This document shows, piece after piece, positions 1 through 14,290 of a stretch of 64,000 bases of DNA. Source of the stretch: the human T2T-CHM13v2.0 reference genome, Homo sapiens. Position numbers and translations under genes: made by a program. A model generated the notes under the pieces. That model had not been told where the DNA came from, searched no databases, and worked only from the letters and a program-made list of their open reading frames with translations. Position 1 is the first letter of the stretch, and each line of letters opens with the position of its first letter. Where the stretch lies: NCBI RefSeq assembly GCF_009914755.1, contig NC_060926.1; one strand, written 5' to 3'.

Positions 1-342
1 GAAGTTGCCAACAGGGGCTTCTGGGAAATTACATTTTGCTCCCAAGGACCTATAAAAGCTAATCTCTTTTCTTCTCCTAATTGTTGTCATGTATAGATGT
101 GCCTCCTGAAATTGTTACAGCTATTTCATCACTAGTAAAAGGGAAGAGCTACCTCCAAAAATGGAAAAGCAAGATATAAGAATAATCTCTGCCTTTGATA
201 ATATCTTTGAGCATGTGACCTAACCTCTCTGGAATCCACTGGATTTCCAGTAAAATGAAAATATGAAAACATTATCATGTGATTTAAGCCAATTTTAATC
301 AAAGTTTCTACAACTTGTAGCTGAGAGAATCTTCACTATTAC
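1..342 (+). mobile_element. MaLR LTR 3' part (MLT1J/K-like)
   Basis: Ends tttaagccaattttaatcaaagtttctacaacttgtagctgagagaatcttcactattaca, resembling the old MLT1 3' terminus (ttaagcc...ttgcagccgaa...ctaataca). Truncated by the window edge. Confidence 0.6.
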
Positions 343-1086
343 AGTGGGTCTCAGAAAACTTTAGGAAATGAGAATAAGAGAGGAGAATGTTGTCCCTACA
401 CTGAAGATTGAAAAAATATCACAAAGATTGAACCTAATAATAGCTTTTAATCCAAAGATCCATTAATCTGGGCAGACTGCATTTTGTAGCATCTCCAAAT
501 GTGACAAGCATTTCAAACCTTGCTTGTCAATGTGTTTAAAATGTGCATGACATTTTCAAGGAGAGGAAATCAAGTAATTGCCTGAGCGAATGGTCTTTTT
601 GGAGTTTTCTTAAACTAATGCTTCCCCCTTCAGTAGGTGAAAATAAAATGTGTGGGTGGAGGTGGGGAGAGGGACTTCAAATTGCTTTTTAAAAAAAACC
701 TCAAATGTTATCTGTCTCTTTTGATGTAATAAACCATGGGAATTCCTAGGTAGGCGCTTGATAAGCAGAAAATCAGATGAGAAACTTCATCAAAGCGAAA
801 TTCCCAGAAGAATTTGGGCCTGTCAGTTGGGAGGATTTACCACAGTGAGATTTTCTAGCTAATGGTTTCATTTTGCCTAAATCACATAATCTCTATGTCT
901 CACCTCTTTCTGGTCACAAAACAAAAATACTAAATACTGTCCAGCCTATATCTCACAGTGATAGTGAAATGATAATATTATTATTTATACATTTTCCCAG
1001 CACTTAAAAATGTCTTCCACATAGTAGAAGCTCAACAAATATTTGTAAAGGGGCATGAAGTACTTTGAATTTAAAGAGTCTAAACA

Positions 1087-1448
<362 letters not shown>

Positions 1449-1576
1449 TTATTCTGCCTGACATCAATTATGATCTCAAATGCCTGGGAAACAATTTATT
1501 GGTCTGGTTTCTGAAAAATATCAGACTATCATTGTCACAAGTTCTTGATATTTAAGGCTTAAAATAGATATATTTA

Positions 1577-1877
<301 letters not shown>

Positions 1878-2508
1878 ATTTAGTTGGAAGTATTTCTTGT
1901 AAAACAAGATTTTATTTTTTGTCATAGTGTTCTTAAAGTTATATTCATATTTTATAAAGAAATATTTAAACTTGCTTTATTCTATTGCTTATCGGGAAGG
2001 TCTTTCAAATTCGAGGCTCTCCTTTAATGCCTGGTGATCCCTTCATGTTTTAGGATGAGGCACTAAAAGTTTATTAGGTGTCCAGTGTGAAGGAGCACCT
2101 TCACATGGCCTAGTATGAGTGATGTGGCTTGGTCATTTCTTTAGGAGCACCTTCAACGTTTTTTATCAGAAAATATTTTCTCTTGGGATGTGAGCTTCAA
2201 TGTTCTTTGAGTCAAATAACCTAAGAGGCTTTGAGATCATCCCGTCCAGTGAGCACATTTCATTTAATACTACTGAAATCATTCCCTAACCCCTAAAATC
2301 TCCTAGAAACTCTCTCTAGAAATTAAACCTATCACTTTTTTTCTGGAAGGTGAAAGAGATCCAGTGAACCAATAGCTACATACATAACTCTTCCAACAAT
2401 TTTCCCATCTTCCTATTTCTAGTTCTGCTCATCAGCAGTACCTTGGTATTTCTGGGGTTCTTTGTTAGGCTTTAGCATGCTTTTGAGGTTCTCCAATCAA
2501 TACAACAA

Positions 2509-3810
2509 ATTCATTCAACAGATATTTATTACCGTATGCCAAGCAGGGATTAGGCACTTGGTATATGATAGCAAAGAAAAACAAAATTCCTCTCTTCAAG
2601 GAATTTACAGAGTATAAGAAACAGTTCATAAAAGAGACACGTGATAACTAAATAAAATACTTAATATTTTAGGGAGTGACTAGTTTCATGAAGAAAAATG
2701 TCAGAATAGGGTAATGGGATTAGCATTGCCAGGAGATGAAGGGCTAGGGGCAGTTTTAAAAGAATCATTATGATAAGCCTTATTAAAGCTGTGGACTGAG
2801 TAGAGCCTTGATGGAAGGGAAGGTGTTACTCAAGGGAATAGCTAAGTGATGGTGTTGCAGACAGGGGGAACCGCCTGTGCCAAGGCTCAGAGGTGAGACC
2901 TACCTTGGAGTGGAAGGGGTGAAATGTACTGCAGCAGGTGATGAGAAAGGCAGAGAGGAGGCAAGGCTGGGTGGCAGAAGTCTACTCTGATTATGTAGGG
3001 CCTTATCTGCCATTGCGCAGATGTTGGCTTTTACTCTAAAGGAAATAGAATGCCAATGCAGGCTGTTAAGTACGAAAACGACATGATTGAATGTATATTT
3101 TAGGAAGATCACTAGTTCTGTGTTAAGAATAGATGAAAGGAGACACCAGGGTAGAAGGAGAGTAATCAGTTAGGAATGACTTCATTAGTCTAGGCAAGAG
3201 ATAATAGGATAATGTAGGTGTATTCATTTCCTAGGACGGCTCTAACAAATTACCATAAACTGAGTGATGTAAAACAACCAAAAAATGTATTCTCTAATAG
3301 TCTGGAGGCTAGAAGTTTGAAATCAAGGTGTTAGCAGGGCCACTCTTCATCAGAAGGCTCTAGGAAATAATCCTTTCTTGCCTCTTCCAGTTTCCAGAGT
3401 TTGTCAGCAAACGCCTGGTGTTCCTTGGCTTGTGGCAGCAAAAGTGCAATCTCTGTTTTTGTCTTTACAGGGCCATCTTTCCCTCAGAGTATGACCATGT
3501 CTGCAAATTTCTCTCTCCTTATAAGCATGGCCTGCCCCTAATCCAGTATGACTTAATCTTAACTTGCTTACATTGGCAAAGACACTATTTCTTAATAAGG
3601 TCTCATTTTTAAATACCAAAGGTAGGGCTTCAACATATTCCTTTTGGGGGGATACACTTCAACCCACAACAACAGGTAGAACTAATAAAGGTAGTAAACA
3701 GTGATGAGATTCTGGGTGTGTTTTGAAGGTAGAGCCAGCAGAATTATCTGAGGGGGTGGATGTTGGATGTGAAAATAAACCAAAAAAAACAAGAAAGTCT
3801 CCAAGGTTGA
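2509..3810 (-). mobile_element. L2 LINE 3' fragment, interrupted by an MLT1 LTR
   Basis: attcattcaacagatatttatt...taggcact is the reverse L2 3' end. L2-type sequence resumes after 3675 (gattctgggtgtgttttgaaggtagagccagcagaatt). Confidence 0.75.
3219..3673 (-). mobile_element. MaLR solo LTR (MLT1B/C-like)
   Basis: tgtattcatttcctagg...aacaaattaccataaact...ctggaggctagaagtttgaaatcaaggtgttagcagggcc...ttcaacccacaaca matches the reverse MLT1 consensus. Confidence 0.85.
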
Positions 3811-4041
3811 CTTAAGTTTTAACCTTCATTCATCTGCTAATTTAGTTACCACTCACACATCTGTTTTTCAGCTTTCTAAATCCTGTTGTTGTTGGATCCT
3901 TTTCCGTTATTTTCTCTTGGGAGTTTACGACTTTAAGAAAAATCACTAGTTAGGCATTTTAGTGAGGTTTAGAAAAGAATTGCAGCAAACACATAGGTAT
4001 ATAATCAGCCATGTTTACCCGGAAGTTATCCAAGTTATCTC

Positions 4042-6613
4042 CATGGGGACACCCAGGTTTTATGGAGGCTGAAGTTTGTTTATTTTCAGGACCTATTTTA
4101 AGAAAAACTAAATTATAAATACAAAATTATTATATTAGTGTTGCCCTTAAACCTGGGCTAGAGGGGGTCCCTGTTATGGATAGAGACATACATGCATAAA
4201 CATACATACAGTTTATTAAAGAACCCCAGCTCCTCTGTCACTTGGGATTTTGACACACAACGCTAACTCAGAGCCACCTGTAAACCCACACCTGTGCCTT
4301 CATGACTACCTTTTAGGCCATGGGGAAAGGCTTTTCCACATTTCATGCTCTATGGTCTCAAAACAAAAGGTGACTATGTCTAAACATTAGGAAGATTTGG
4401 GGAGTTTGCTGCTGTCAACATCTGAGATGTACATCAAACTTAGAGGTGATTTGAGCAGCAAAAGTACTAGGTTAAGAGAAAAGACAAATTAATTATCTTG
4501 TTAATTCCTTCTGCTGAGCAAGCATGACTGCAAGAGAGTCTAGCTTCTTGAAGTTTCCCAGTAGTGCCAAGGATTTATTCATGCATTTTTTCTCTTATTT
4601 GTTTATTTTCTTATGCTTCTATAAATACTTTTTGTATGAATTCAGAGGTGCTTCCACAATATGCATGGTGCTCACAACGGTTATAGTAATGGCAGCTGAA
4701 AAACACTTTTCAGTGGTAGACGATTCATATTATTCTTAAATTAGTATATACGTAGCTCTAGATATAAGCAATTGAAGTGAATATACATTCTTTACCTCAC
4801 TATGTGCATCTAGATATTGCCTTAAGAGAATATAAGTTACAATATAAGTGACAGCTATAGGATCTTAATTTTATAGGATAAAATTAAAATGTTTGACAAT
4901 ATTTTTTGTAACAATAATACATCATGTATGAATTCTTATAATGTTTGAACATGATATTTAAAACCGATGGTTCAAATCTCAATCTAAGTATCACTTTAAT
5001 AAGTTTATTGATAATTTCAGTTGCTACTGTCTCAACAAAGTTCCTTCAAGTTGAATTCATTTAAAAATTTATTAAATACTCAAAAAGAGTTGATAATATG
5101 GCATCATTATGAATAAAATACAAATTATCTAAAATCTTGAATATTACAATATACATAGTGCTCTTGCTGAAAAGTAAAAAAAGGCAAAAAATCTTTAATT
5201 TATGAATTATGTACATTTTTGTTTTTGCCATATGAAAATTACCATCCCCTCAACAGAATACCTGGATCTATACAATAATTAATTTCAGTCATGACATTTG
5301 GCCAACTTCTAGTCATCTAAAAACAACCTTTTTAAAAAACATTTTTCTCAAATTTATCAGTATGGAGGTATACTTGTGAAGACTGGAGATTATAATTTAT
5401 TTATAATTCTTAGCATGTTTAAAATTTAGACATTTAATCACATGGTATGGCTGCACCTCTGTTGTACTATTCCCTAGATCCTAAACATGTTAAGGGAGAG
5501 TGGGCCTGTTCAAACACTTTTATTTAGAATGAGAAAAAATTCAGGCCAATGTACAAATTCCAAAAAATGGCCATATACATATTCCTAATTCCGGACAAAA
5601 AGGACTAACTTTTTAAAGCTAATTCATTGCTTAACACAACCTCCGTATTTTTCCAGTTTTTGGAAGTATACTCTTTGATTGCATCTTCATATAATAAAAA
5701 CTTATATTTTAATAGAGAGACTAATATACTTCAGTAATTCTTAGCATGATCATTCAAAGTTTATCCATATTGTTAGCTTAGAAATGTTTTTGCAGCTACA
5801 CAAATCATTATTGGTAATGTCCTAGAAACCTTAAGATTATTATACATTTGGGAAAATCTCTATCAAGTTTCTTTCATATGTGAATTGTTAGAAATAAACT
5901 TTCTACTGTCACTGCTATACTTTGTGCCCTGAAATACACAGGAATTCTGATATATTCCATTTTTATTGGTTCCCCTCAAAAATAAATTAGGATGAGCTAT
6001 ATAGATGGTGTGTTTGGAATTGCATATGCTACATTTTTAAGTATATTCCTGACAGAAGATACCTCTTATATTCATTGGGTGCTGATGAGGTTTTTAGTGA
6101 CAAATTTACAGTGTGATGATTCTCACAGTTTTTCCCAGAGGACATGCTCCTGTTGTGATGGGCCCTCTGCCGCTGCCTTTCCTGTCACAATGCTAGGTAT
6201 GCTGGCACAGGTTAAGAGAAGTGGACTGCAGGAGCCCATCTGGCTGCTGTTCCTATAAAGGGATGTCTAGCAATGACTTCATGTCACACAGATATGCCTG
6301 AGAATCATATACATAGATGTCAGTAAGCCCAAACTAAGTGTATCCCTAATTCAACTCAACCCTCCTTAAGCCAGATTTCTCAAATGCCCATGGCTTCTCT
6401 AATGCCACCACACACAAGGAGGAGTGTGCGGAGTGGAAAGTAACATCACTCTTTAAACAATTGTGGGTAAATGCCTTGGTTTTGCAAATATTACAGAAAC
6501 CCATGACCATGTGAACACACTGCTTGGCCCTCTTTCAAGGTCTTGGGAAGGGGCCTGTGTGAATGTGGGCTCTGCAGTTTAAGCTTCATCAGCTTCACAG
6601 CAGAGCCACTCTA
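4042..6613 (-). mobile_element. hAT-Tip100 DNA transposon, Arthur1 (MER69)-like, with decayed transposase
   Basis: Right end (ggccctctttcaaggtcttgggaaggggcc...tttaagcttcatcagcttcacag) is the reverse of the recalled Arthur1 5' end. Left end (cccaggttttatggaggctgaag...ttaagaaaaa...atacaaaatt) matches its 3' end. The minus strand near 4690-4760 gives LRIY and, in a shifted frame, SSTTEKCFSA, resembling the hAT dimerisation motif. Confidence 0.72.
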
Positions 6614-7544
6614 ATTCCTGTATAACGTTGTTCTGTTGTCGCCCTTGATTGCTCTGAATGCTTGGCTAACCAACAACTGGAGGTTCTTCACTTTTGAAGG
6701 TTTCCATTGCTTTATATAGGATAATAAGTACAGTGTAGATCATATAGATTTCACTTTAGTTCGCAAATTTCAGCCATAAAGCTTTTATAATAAGAATAAC
6801 ATCAGTTAGTGGGCAAACAATTTTTGTTTTTCAGAAGCTATAAAAAGCAAGTGTAGAATTGAGCTGGCACATGAGGCAGCACACGGAGAAGAAGAATGAA
6901 CTCAAATGAAAGCACAATCTGGAAGAATAACTTCAAAACAATGCACGCAGGACCAGAGCCCCGCTGCTACCGTTTATGATTCCCTCAAAGCCCGGTGCTC
7001 ACATCCTTCGCTGTTAGTGCCATGGCACACTCTTGAGGCAATGAGCAGGTCAGGGGGGCGCGGGCTCTGGATTCTCACATGGTAACATGAAGAAAATCAA
7101 TTTCAATCCTCCAAGGATGATACACTGCATCTGCAGGTCACTGAACACTATCCGTTCTCTAAAACCCTTGAGACTTGAGGGATTTCCAAAAATTACCACA
7201 CCTCAGATTTTTGCCTAGCATATTTTACATTTCCCCCATTTTCATCTATATGGATGGGAGAAAGAGGAAGAGGCATGTACAAATATGGTTAACTACCTGA
7301 ACTTCCCGGTTTAAAAATGTCTGTTTTTAATAATACATTCCAGGAGTTCTAATCGACCAATACAAAGATTGACTACTGTATTGATCCATATAAGGAAAAG
7401 ATTTGCATCTTTTTTGGAAAAAAAAGCATTTATTTTACCACTGGACGCGGGCACTATTGTCTTGATAAATGCCAGGACAAAGTTAAATATTTTAGTGAGA
7501 TTTAGAATGAGCAGTCAAGGACTAGCAAAGTAAGAAGCATAAGA

Positions 7545-7745
7545 CTGGCATGCATCTCAGAGCACCACTCTCCACTTTGCTTGTATGTAGCCTAGCTTAA
7601 TTTATCTAATTATTACAAACCTCAATTTAATCATCTATAAAAAGGAATAATAACTTCTATCCTATCAATGTTAAAGGACTGTTTTAAAGATAAAATAAGG
7701 AAACTACGTATAAATGCTTTTTAGATTGTGAAATATTATAACATT
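7545..7745 (+). mobile_element. MIR SINE relic
   Basis: Degenerate MIR core acctcaatttaatcatctataaaaaggaataataac. Confidence 0.55.
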
Positions 7746-9687
7746 TATCATATTTATTTTATAACATATTATTATATTTATTTTTTAATAGCTGAAACTG
7801 ATACCCTAAAGGAACAGGCTTTTTGACTGAGGTAGGGGTGAGATACAAAAAATAGAGGTGAGAATGGATATTTAGTGTATGGTACAAATTGAGGACAAAG
7901 TAAACCAAGATTGGCCAGTGGGAAGTCTGAGGCATCACAAGGTCCCAGGAGGGCTTTTGAGTAAGAGCATGGAACAGTCAAAGAAAGTAAGATGTAAGAA
8001 TCACAAGAGGGAGTTTTAACTACTTTTAAGTCAAATTTTACAATTTCTGGGTAGAAAACATACAGGGATTTTATATGCCTAAACAATACAATGGATGCAA
8101 TATAATCTGGTTCAGAAATTCCCTTACAAGTTAAGCATAATTGGAAGACACATTTACTTTCTCAAACTGTGAATCTTCCAGAGTTGCATCACACAAGCTG
8201 GCAGATTAGTACTCCTCCAAAGCATTTATTAAATGCTCATTTGTCCACAGTGTTAGTGTGTGACATATAATGTGCTAGGAAACGCATTTCAGTTTCCTGT
8301 ATACTCCCAGCTCTTTATATACTAAAGGAAATTATGAAGGGGTGTTATAATATTTATAGTTACAATAAAGTCAGTGCTCAAAATCTGTCTAGTTGCTTCT
8401 GTCCTAAAGTCAGCATGTTTGGCGATCCAGTTTAAAGGGGAAAAAAAGCAGTTTGTCTACAGTGGAAAGCATTCATAAGTGTTCCAGTGAAACAAAATTT
8501 ATCCAACTTTATATTTTGCCCTTCTTAAAATGGCCATTCTGTTCACATATTGAAAAGCTGGATGTCAATCATTTTGATTTTAGGATTATTATGAGAGACT
8601 TTAACTCTGACTGAAAGGAAACAAGACAGAAATCCCTGAACAGGAGAGTGGTTTGTTCCTGACTCCTGTTCTAAAACATGCCAGATTAAGGTATCTCACT
8701 GCTTTTGCTTTACTAAGGCCAGGATGTTTGGTGACATTATCACATTATTAAGAAGGCACTTCTGGCCTGCATCACTAGTTCATGTTTGCAAATTTCTGTT
8801 TCCCAAATGCAACAGACCTCTCCCCTTGGGTGTGCCGTGCTGGGAGAACTTCACGGACCTGGCAGTCTACCATGTGAGCATCAGTGATGGGCAGTGGACA
8901 ACAAGGGCAGCAATGAGCCACATCCCAGGAGCAGGTAAACCCTCAGGATTTCTGGCTGCGACAGTTATCACTCAATAGAAGCAAAATAACAGCAGAAAAC
9001 TGGAGGAATTATCTGTGTCTAGCAGAGAGGAGAGTGCTGAGAGCTCTAGAATAGAGAAGGAATTGTAATAAGAGCTCTAGTGACACAGAATAAATGCCAG
9101 ATAAAGGTAGGAAGCTAATATGAACCATCTGATGCGCAAGAATTCAGAATCCACCATCTAAGACTGGCTGCAGTGTTGTGGAATGAGGTATAAATCTAGC
9201 TACTAGACCATTCTGCCTGCTGGATTCCCACTTTTTCAGGACTCAAGGCTCAGTTATGTATTCTGGGATTATTTAAGTCCCTGTTCTTCAAGGTTTATTA
9301 TTTGATACTTGTCCGCAGCATTAATAAAAAGCCCATCTAACAAAGCCAGCTAGTAATAATCATAAAATAGTGACTAGTAGTGTATATTAATTGTTGGCTG
9401 TGTGGCATACAATGTTCTAAACAAAGTGCTTCATGTTATGGAATAGATGCAGTTATGTGTTTATAGAGTTATTCATCATAGTTATTAAGATATGTTTTGA
9501 AAACTCACTAATGGATATTGTGGTTTGCTTATTCAGTATTCAGAAGTAAGCCTTGATGTATTTTGTGTAGAATAATTCTGTTCTCTTACTCAGATCCTTG
9601 ATTGGTTCAGGGCTTGACATGAAATACAAATCTGGGCCATGAAAATGAAGAGAAGTTTTCTGGCGACTTCTTTAAAAGTTCCGCTTG

Positions 9688-10137
<450 letters not shown>

Positions 10138-10178
10138 CTACTGGAACATTTAATTGCATTCTTGTTTATGCCACCACA

Positions 10179-10652
10179 TGTGATAGGGAGAATAATTCAT
10201 CCCTCCCACCCAAAGCTGTTTACATCCTAATCCCCGGAACCTGTGAATATATTACCTTTTATGGCATACATGTTTCCTTACTTGCAAAAGCGACTAAATT
10301 TAGGATTTTGAGGTGGGAAGATTGTTCTGGATTATCCATGTGGGCTCACATTAATCACAACGGTCTTCATAAGAGGGAGGAGCAGCATCATAATCAGAAG
10401 AGACGTGATGATGAAAATAGATTCCAGAGTGATGCAGCCATGAGTGAGCAACCTCTAGAAGCCAGCAACGGCCAGGAATGTGTTCTTCCCTAGGACCTCT
10501 ACAAAGAATTAAGCTCTGCTGCCATCTTGATTTTAGCCATATAAGACCCATCTCAAATTTCTGACCTCCTGAACTCTAAAATAATAAATTTGATTGTTTT
10601 AAACCTTTACATTTGTGGTAATTTGTTATGACAGCAATAAGAAATAAATACA
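10179..10652 (+). mobile_element. MaLR solo LTR (MLT1D-like)
   Basis: TG...CA termini (tgtgatagggagaataatt...gcaataagaaataaataca), internal atcctaatccccggaacctgtgaatat, and perfect 5-bp TSD ccaca at 10174-10178 and 10653-10657. Confidence 0.9.
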
Positions 10653-11689
10653 CCACATAAACATAGTCATGTTTGTAAGTATCAAAAGCATGATCAAATT
10701 TTTAAAGAAGCATAAAGTAACTGTGAATTTTGAAATTTAACTAACCTACAATTTTGTTTGATCTGCCACAGTATAAACATTATTATTATTTTTTAATCAA
10801 CAGAAAACAGAAACTTACCTCTACTATATTTAGGTAATTTGACTTTCACACCATTTATGTTAGTGATGCAACTCGTATGCCATCTGTATTATTTTTAGGT
10901 ATTTGTAACTATCTGCTTGTCTTTATTTTGGCTGGAAATATTACATGAAGTCCTGAATGATATCCTTTGCAGATATCAGAATAGATGCGCCACCATCATC
11001 AAAAGTGTTTATGTTGGAAGTTCTTGGTGGTTTACCTCTTAGGCTAGTTCAATCTACTTTGTTTTAAAGTGTAAATAGAAGTAAGAGTACTTCCTGAGGA
11101 ATTTGAGTAATCCAGAAAATAACAAAGTAAACTCTCTGTTTCAAATGATAAGATAACCATCCTCTTATCTTGGGTAAGCTCTGTACAGTGGATTTTGGAA
11201 TTGTTTTCGTGGAGATGATTACTTAGAGTTGTGTCTAGGAAACTTGGATTGATTTAGATATTGAAAAGAACATATGTTTAATATGCATAATCTGCCAACA
11301 TCATCCAGTGTTCCATGGAATAGGAATAATCCAAAAGCCTGCATATATCGTGGATATTGATTCTTACAGGACCACAAGAGAAGGAAAAATAATCTGCATT
11401 TTGGTGGGCTCACTTCCCAACAGGCTCTCCTCCATAAACAGAGCTTGGAGGCAGCAACTGGCACTTACTTCCAACTCAAGAATAAGCACACAATATTACT
11501 TGATTGGCTAATGGTGCAGTGTGCACTATTAGCCCTCAATTGAGCTTATGAAATTTATTGTTAATAACTTTTAAAAAGTTGTTCTGTTTTACAAATAGGA
11601 GGATAACAAGCAATAGGATTAGCCAGATTTTTCACCTCCCATTTTTTACTTCATGATCTCTCATAGAAATCAGCCTTGGGTAAATAGTA

Positions 11690-12830
11690 CAATAGAATAA
11701 TGTCATTTCATTATAATGATGAGGATAAAAATCTATTCCCAGCTGGCTGGGTCCAGTGTGTAGAGTTTGCATGTTCTCCCCATGTCTGCTTGGGTTGCTC
11801 CGGGTACTCCAATTTCCTCCCACATCCTAGAGATGTGCCTGTTAGGTGCCCTGGTATGTCTACATGGTCCCATTCCTAGTGTGTGTGTGTGTTTGTGTGT
11901 GTGTGCATGCGCATGCACCCTGTGATGGGATGGCATCCTGTCCAGGGTGAGATCCCACCTTGTGTCCTGAGTTGCCAGGATGGAATCTACCCACTCAATA
12001 CCCTGAACTGGAATAACTGGGTTGGAAAATGAATGAATGCCAATGATTGTAAAATAAAAATTTGTGAAGTCTACGATAACCATACAAATGGCAATAAACG
12101 GCACAGTAGGAAAGAGTCCACCTTATTTTTGATTGTTTTTGAACTCTGTGGTGGGAGAAGATACTCCTTAGAGTTTTCACTTTGCAAACATTTATTCCTT
12201 GTTGTAACCCACTAGGACTATGACCATTGCTATACATCAATTCACCAAAAATTGGGCAATTATCTTGTTTTTATTAGTCTTTCTTAAATGTATGAATAGC
12301 TCACACTTATTTCAACGTTTAATACTAAAAGTGTTCTTGATTCTTATTTAGAAGTTTGGTGTAGTTTTTGTAATCACAAAGATACCAGAGAAACTTAACT
12401 CTTGTTTAAGATCAGTCTATGGTAAAATAGGTTTCTTTTTTTGTTCTTGTTTTTCTGTGTGTGTGTTCGTTTTGAGACAGGGTCCTGTTTTGTAGCCCAG
12501 GCTGGACTGCGGTGGCACAGCTCACTGCAGCCTCTGCTTCTGGGCTCAAGTAACCCACCAACCTCAGCCTCCCAAGTAGCTGGAACCACATGTGCGCTCC
12601 ACCACATCCAACTGATTTTTGTATTTTCTGGTAGAGACGGGGTTTGGCTATATTGCCCAGGCTGGTCTTGAACTCCTGGACTCAAGCAATCCACTCGACT
12701 CGGCCTCCCAAATTGCTGGGATGACAGGCGTGATCCGCTGTGCCTGGCCTAAAATAGGTTTCATTATACGTCATTTCACTTGTCTCAGTTTCCAAGAAAC
12801 AATTGATAACATTAAGTGAGGACTTTACTG
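11690..12830 (-). mobile_element. MER6 (TcMar-Tigger) DNA transposon, interrupted by an AluJ
   Basis: The reverse of 12765-12830 reads cagtaaagtcctcacttaatgttatcaattgtttcttggaaactg, the MER6 start. The body follows MER6 and includes the V-SINE-derived segment 11756-12039. Confidence 0.85.
12436..12749 (-). mobile_element. Alu SINE (AluJ-like) inside MER6
   Basis: AluJ features gagacagggtc, cagctcactgcagcctc and ctcaagcaatcc. Perfect 13-bp TSD taaaataggtttc at 12423-12435 and 12750-12762. Confidence 0.92.
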
Positions 12831-12899
12831 TCCTAGGTATTTCTCAAACTTTTCCCTGTAATGGTAGTAGTTAGGAAAGTATGGGATCTATTTAGGCAT

Positions 12900-13090
12900 A
12901 AATATTTCTTCCCTTCCTACCTACCTGTGTAAATATAGTCAAAACAATTTTTTCAAAATTTCAATTCCCTATTTTGACAAATGAGGATACTAGCAATACC
13001 TTTCTCATGAAATTGAAGTCAGAATAAGATAATTTGTTTATAGAATCTAATATGTATTAAGTATTCAATAAACATTAGTGATTATTATTT
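12900..13090 (+). mobile_element. MIR SINE relic
   Basis: caaatgaggatactagcaatacct...aagtattcaataaacattagtgattattatt resembles the MIR core and 3' tail. Confidence 0.5.
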
Positions 13091-13818
13091 TCTTTACCAA
13101 GATTTGGTTGAGAATTTACTGTCAAACAAAAATGTTCCCTGGTTATCTCATGCTCCATGTTTACCATTTTATTACTATGCAGCAAGACAGAGTTCTTATT
13201 AGATACTGTGGGACTGGATTTAAGGTGACTGTCTATTAATCTAATTGACATCATGAGGCCCTTTCCATCATGTAATGCTGCCTTCCTCTTTTGAACTCAT
13301 TTGAACCACAAGGTGAAAAATGCAGTAATTCTGCTGAGGCCACGAAAATGATGAAGTAGGAATACCTGTTAATTCTATACCTACTTGAAAAACTCATAAC
13401 TCAAAAGCACTCTAACAGTGAGGTACCCTATTGTGCAGAAGAGTTTATGTTTATGTTAGCAACTTGTAGTACAGAATATGATATAAGCTGGGGGGCAGTG
13501 CTGTCAGCATCTTAGACTGCTAATATTCATTTTGGCTTCCTTAGTATCCGATACAGAAACATGTATTTACAAACTGTAAGAAGTAAGTTATGTCCAGTTC
13601 TGAAAGTGTTGCTTGTAACTGAGTTTCGTGCTGGAGTCAATTAGGCTTATGCCTGTTTACAATTGTCCAAACGCCATAGGTATACAGCAGAGTATCTTGA
13701 TACAATTTATGCCCTTAAGGAGGCCAAAAGGAAAAGGAGACAATTCAAACATAAATATACCTACCTGGAAAAGGGCAGATAGACGATAAAATGCCAACAG
13801 AATACTATGCCTTCCTGA

Positions 13819-14290
<472 letters not shown>

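Noticed and set aside
7040-7064. CTCF-like caggtcaggggggcgc
   Set aside because: The 5' half does not match the CCASYAG core.
10813-10821. Perfect minus-strand donor GAG|GTAAGT
   Set aside because: No convincing acceptor or reading frame; a match of this length is expected by chance in 64 kb.
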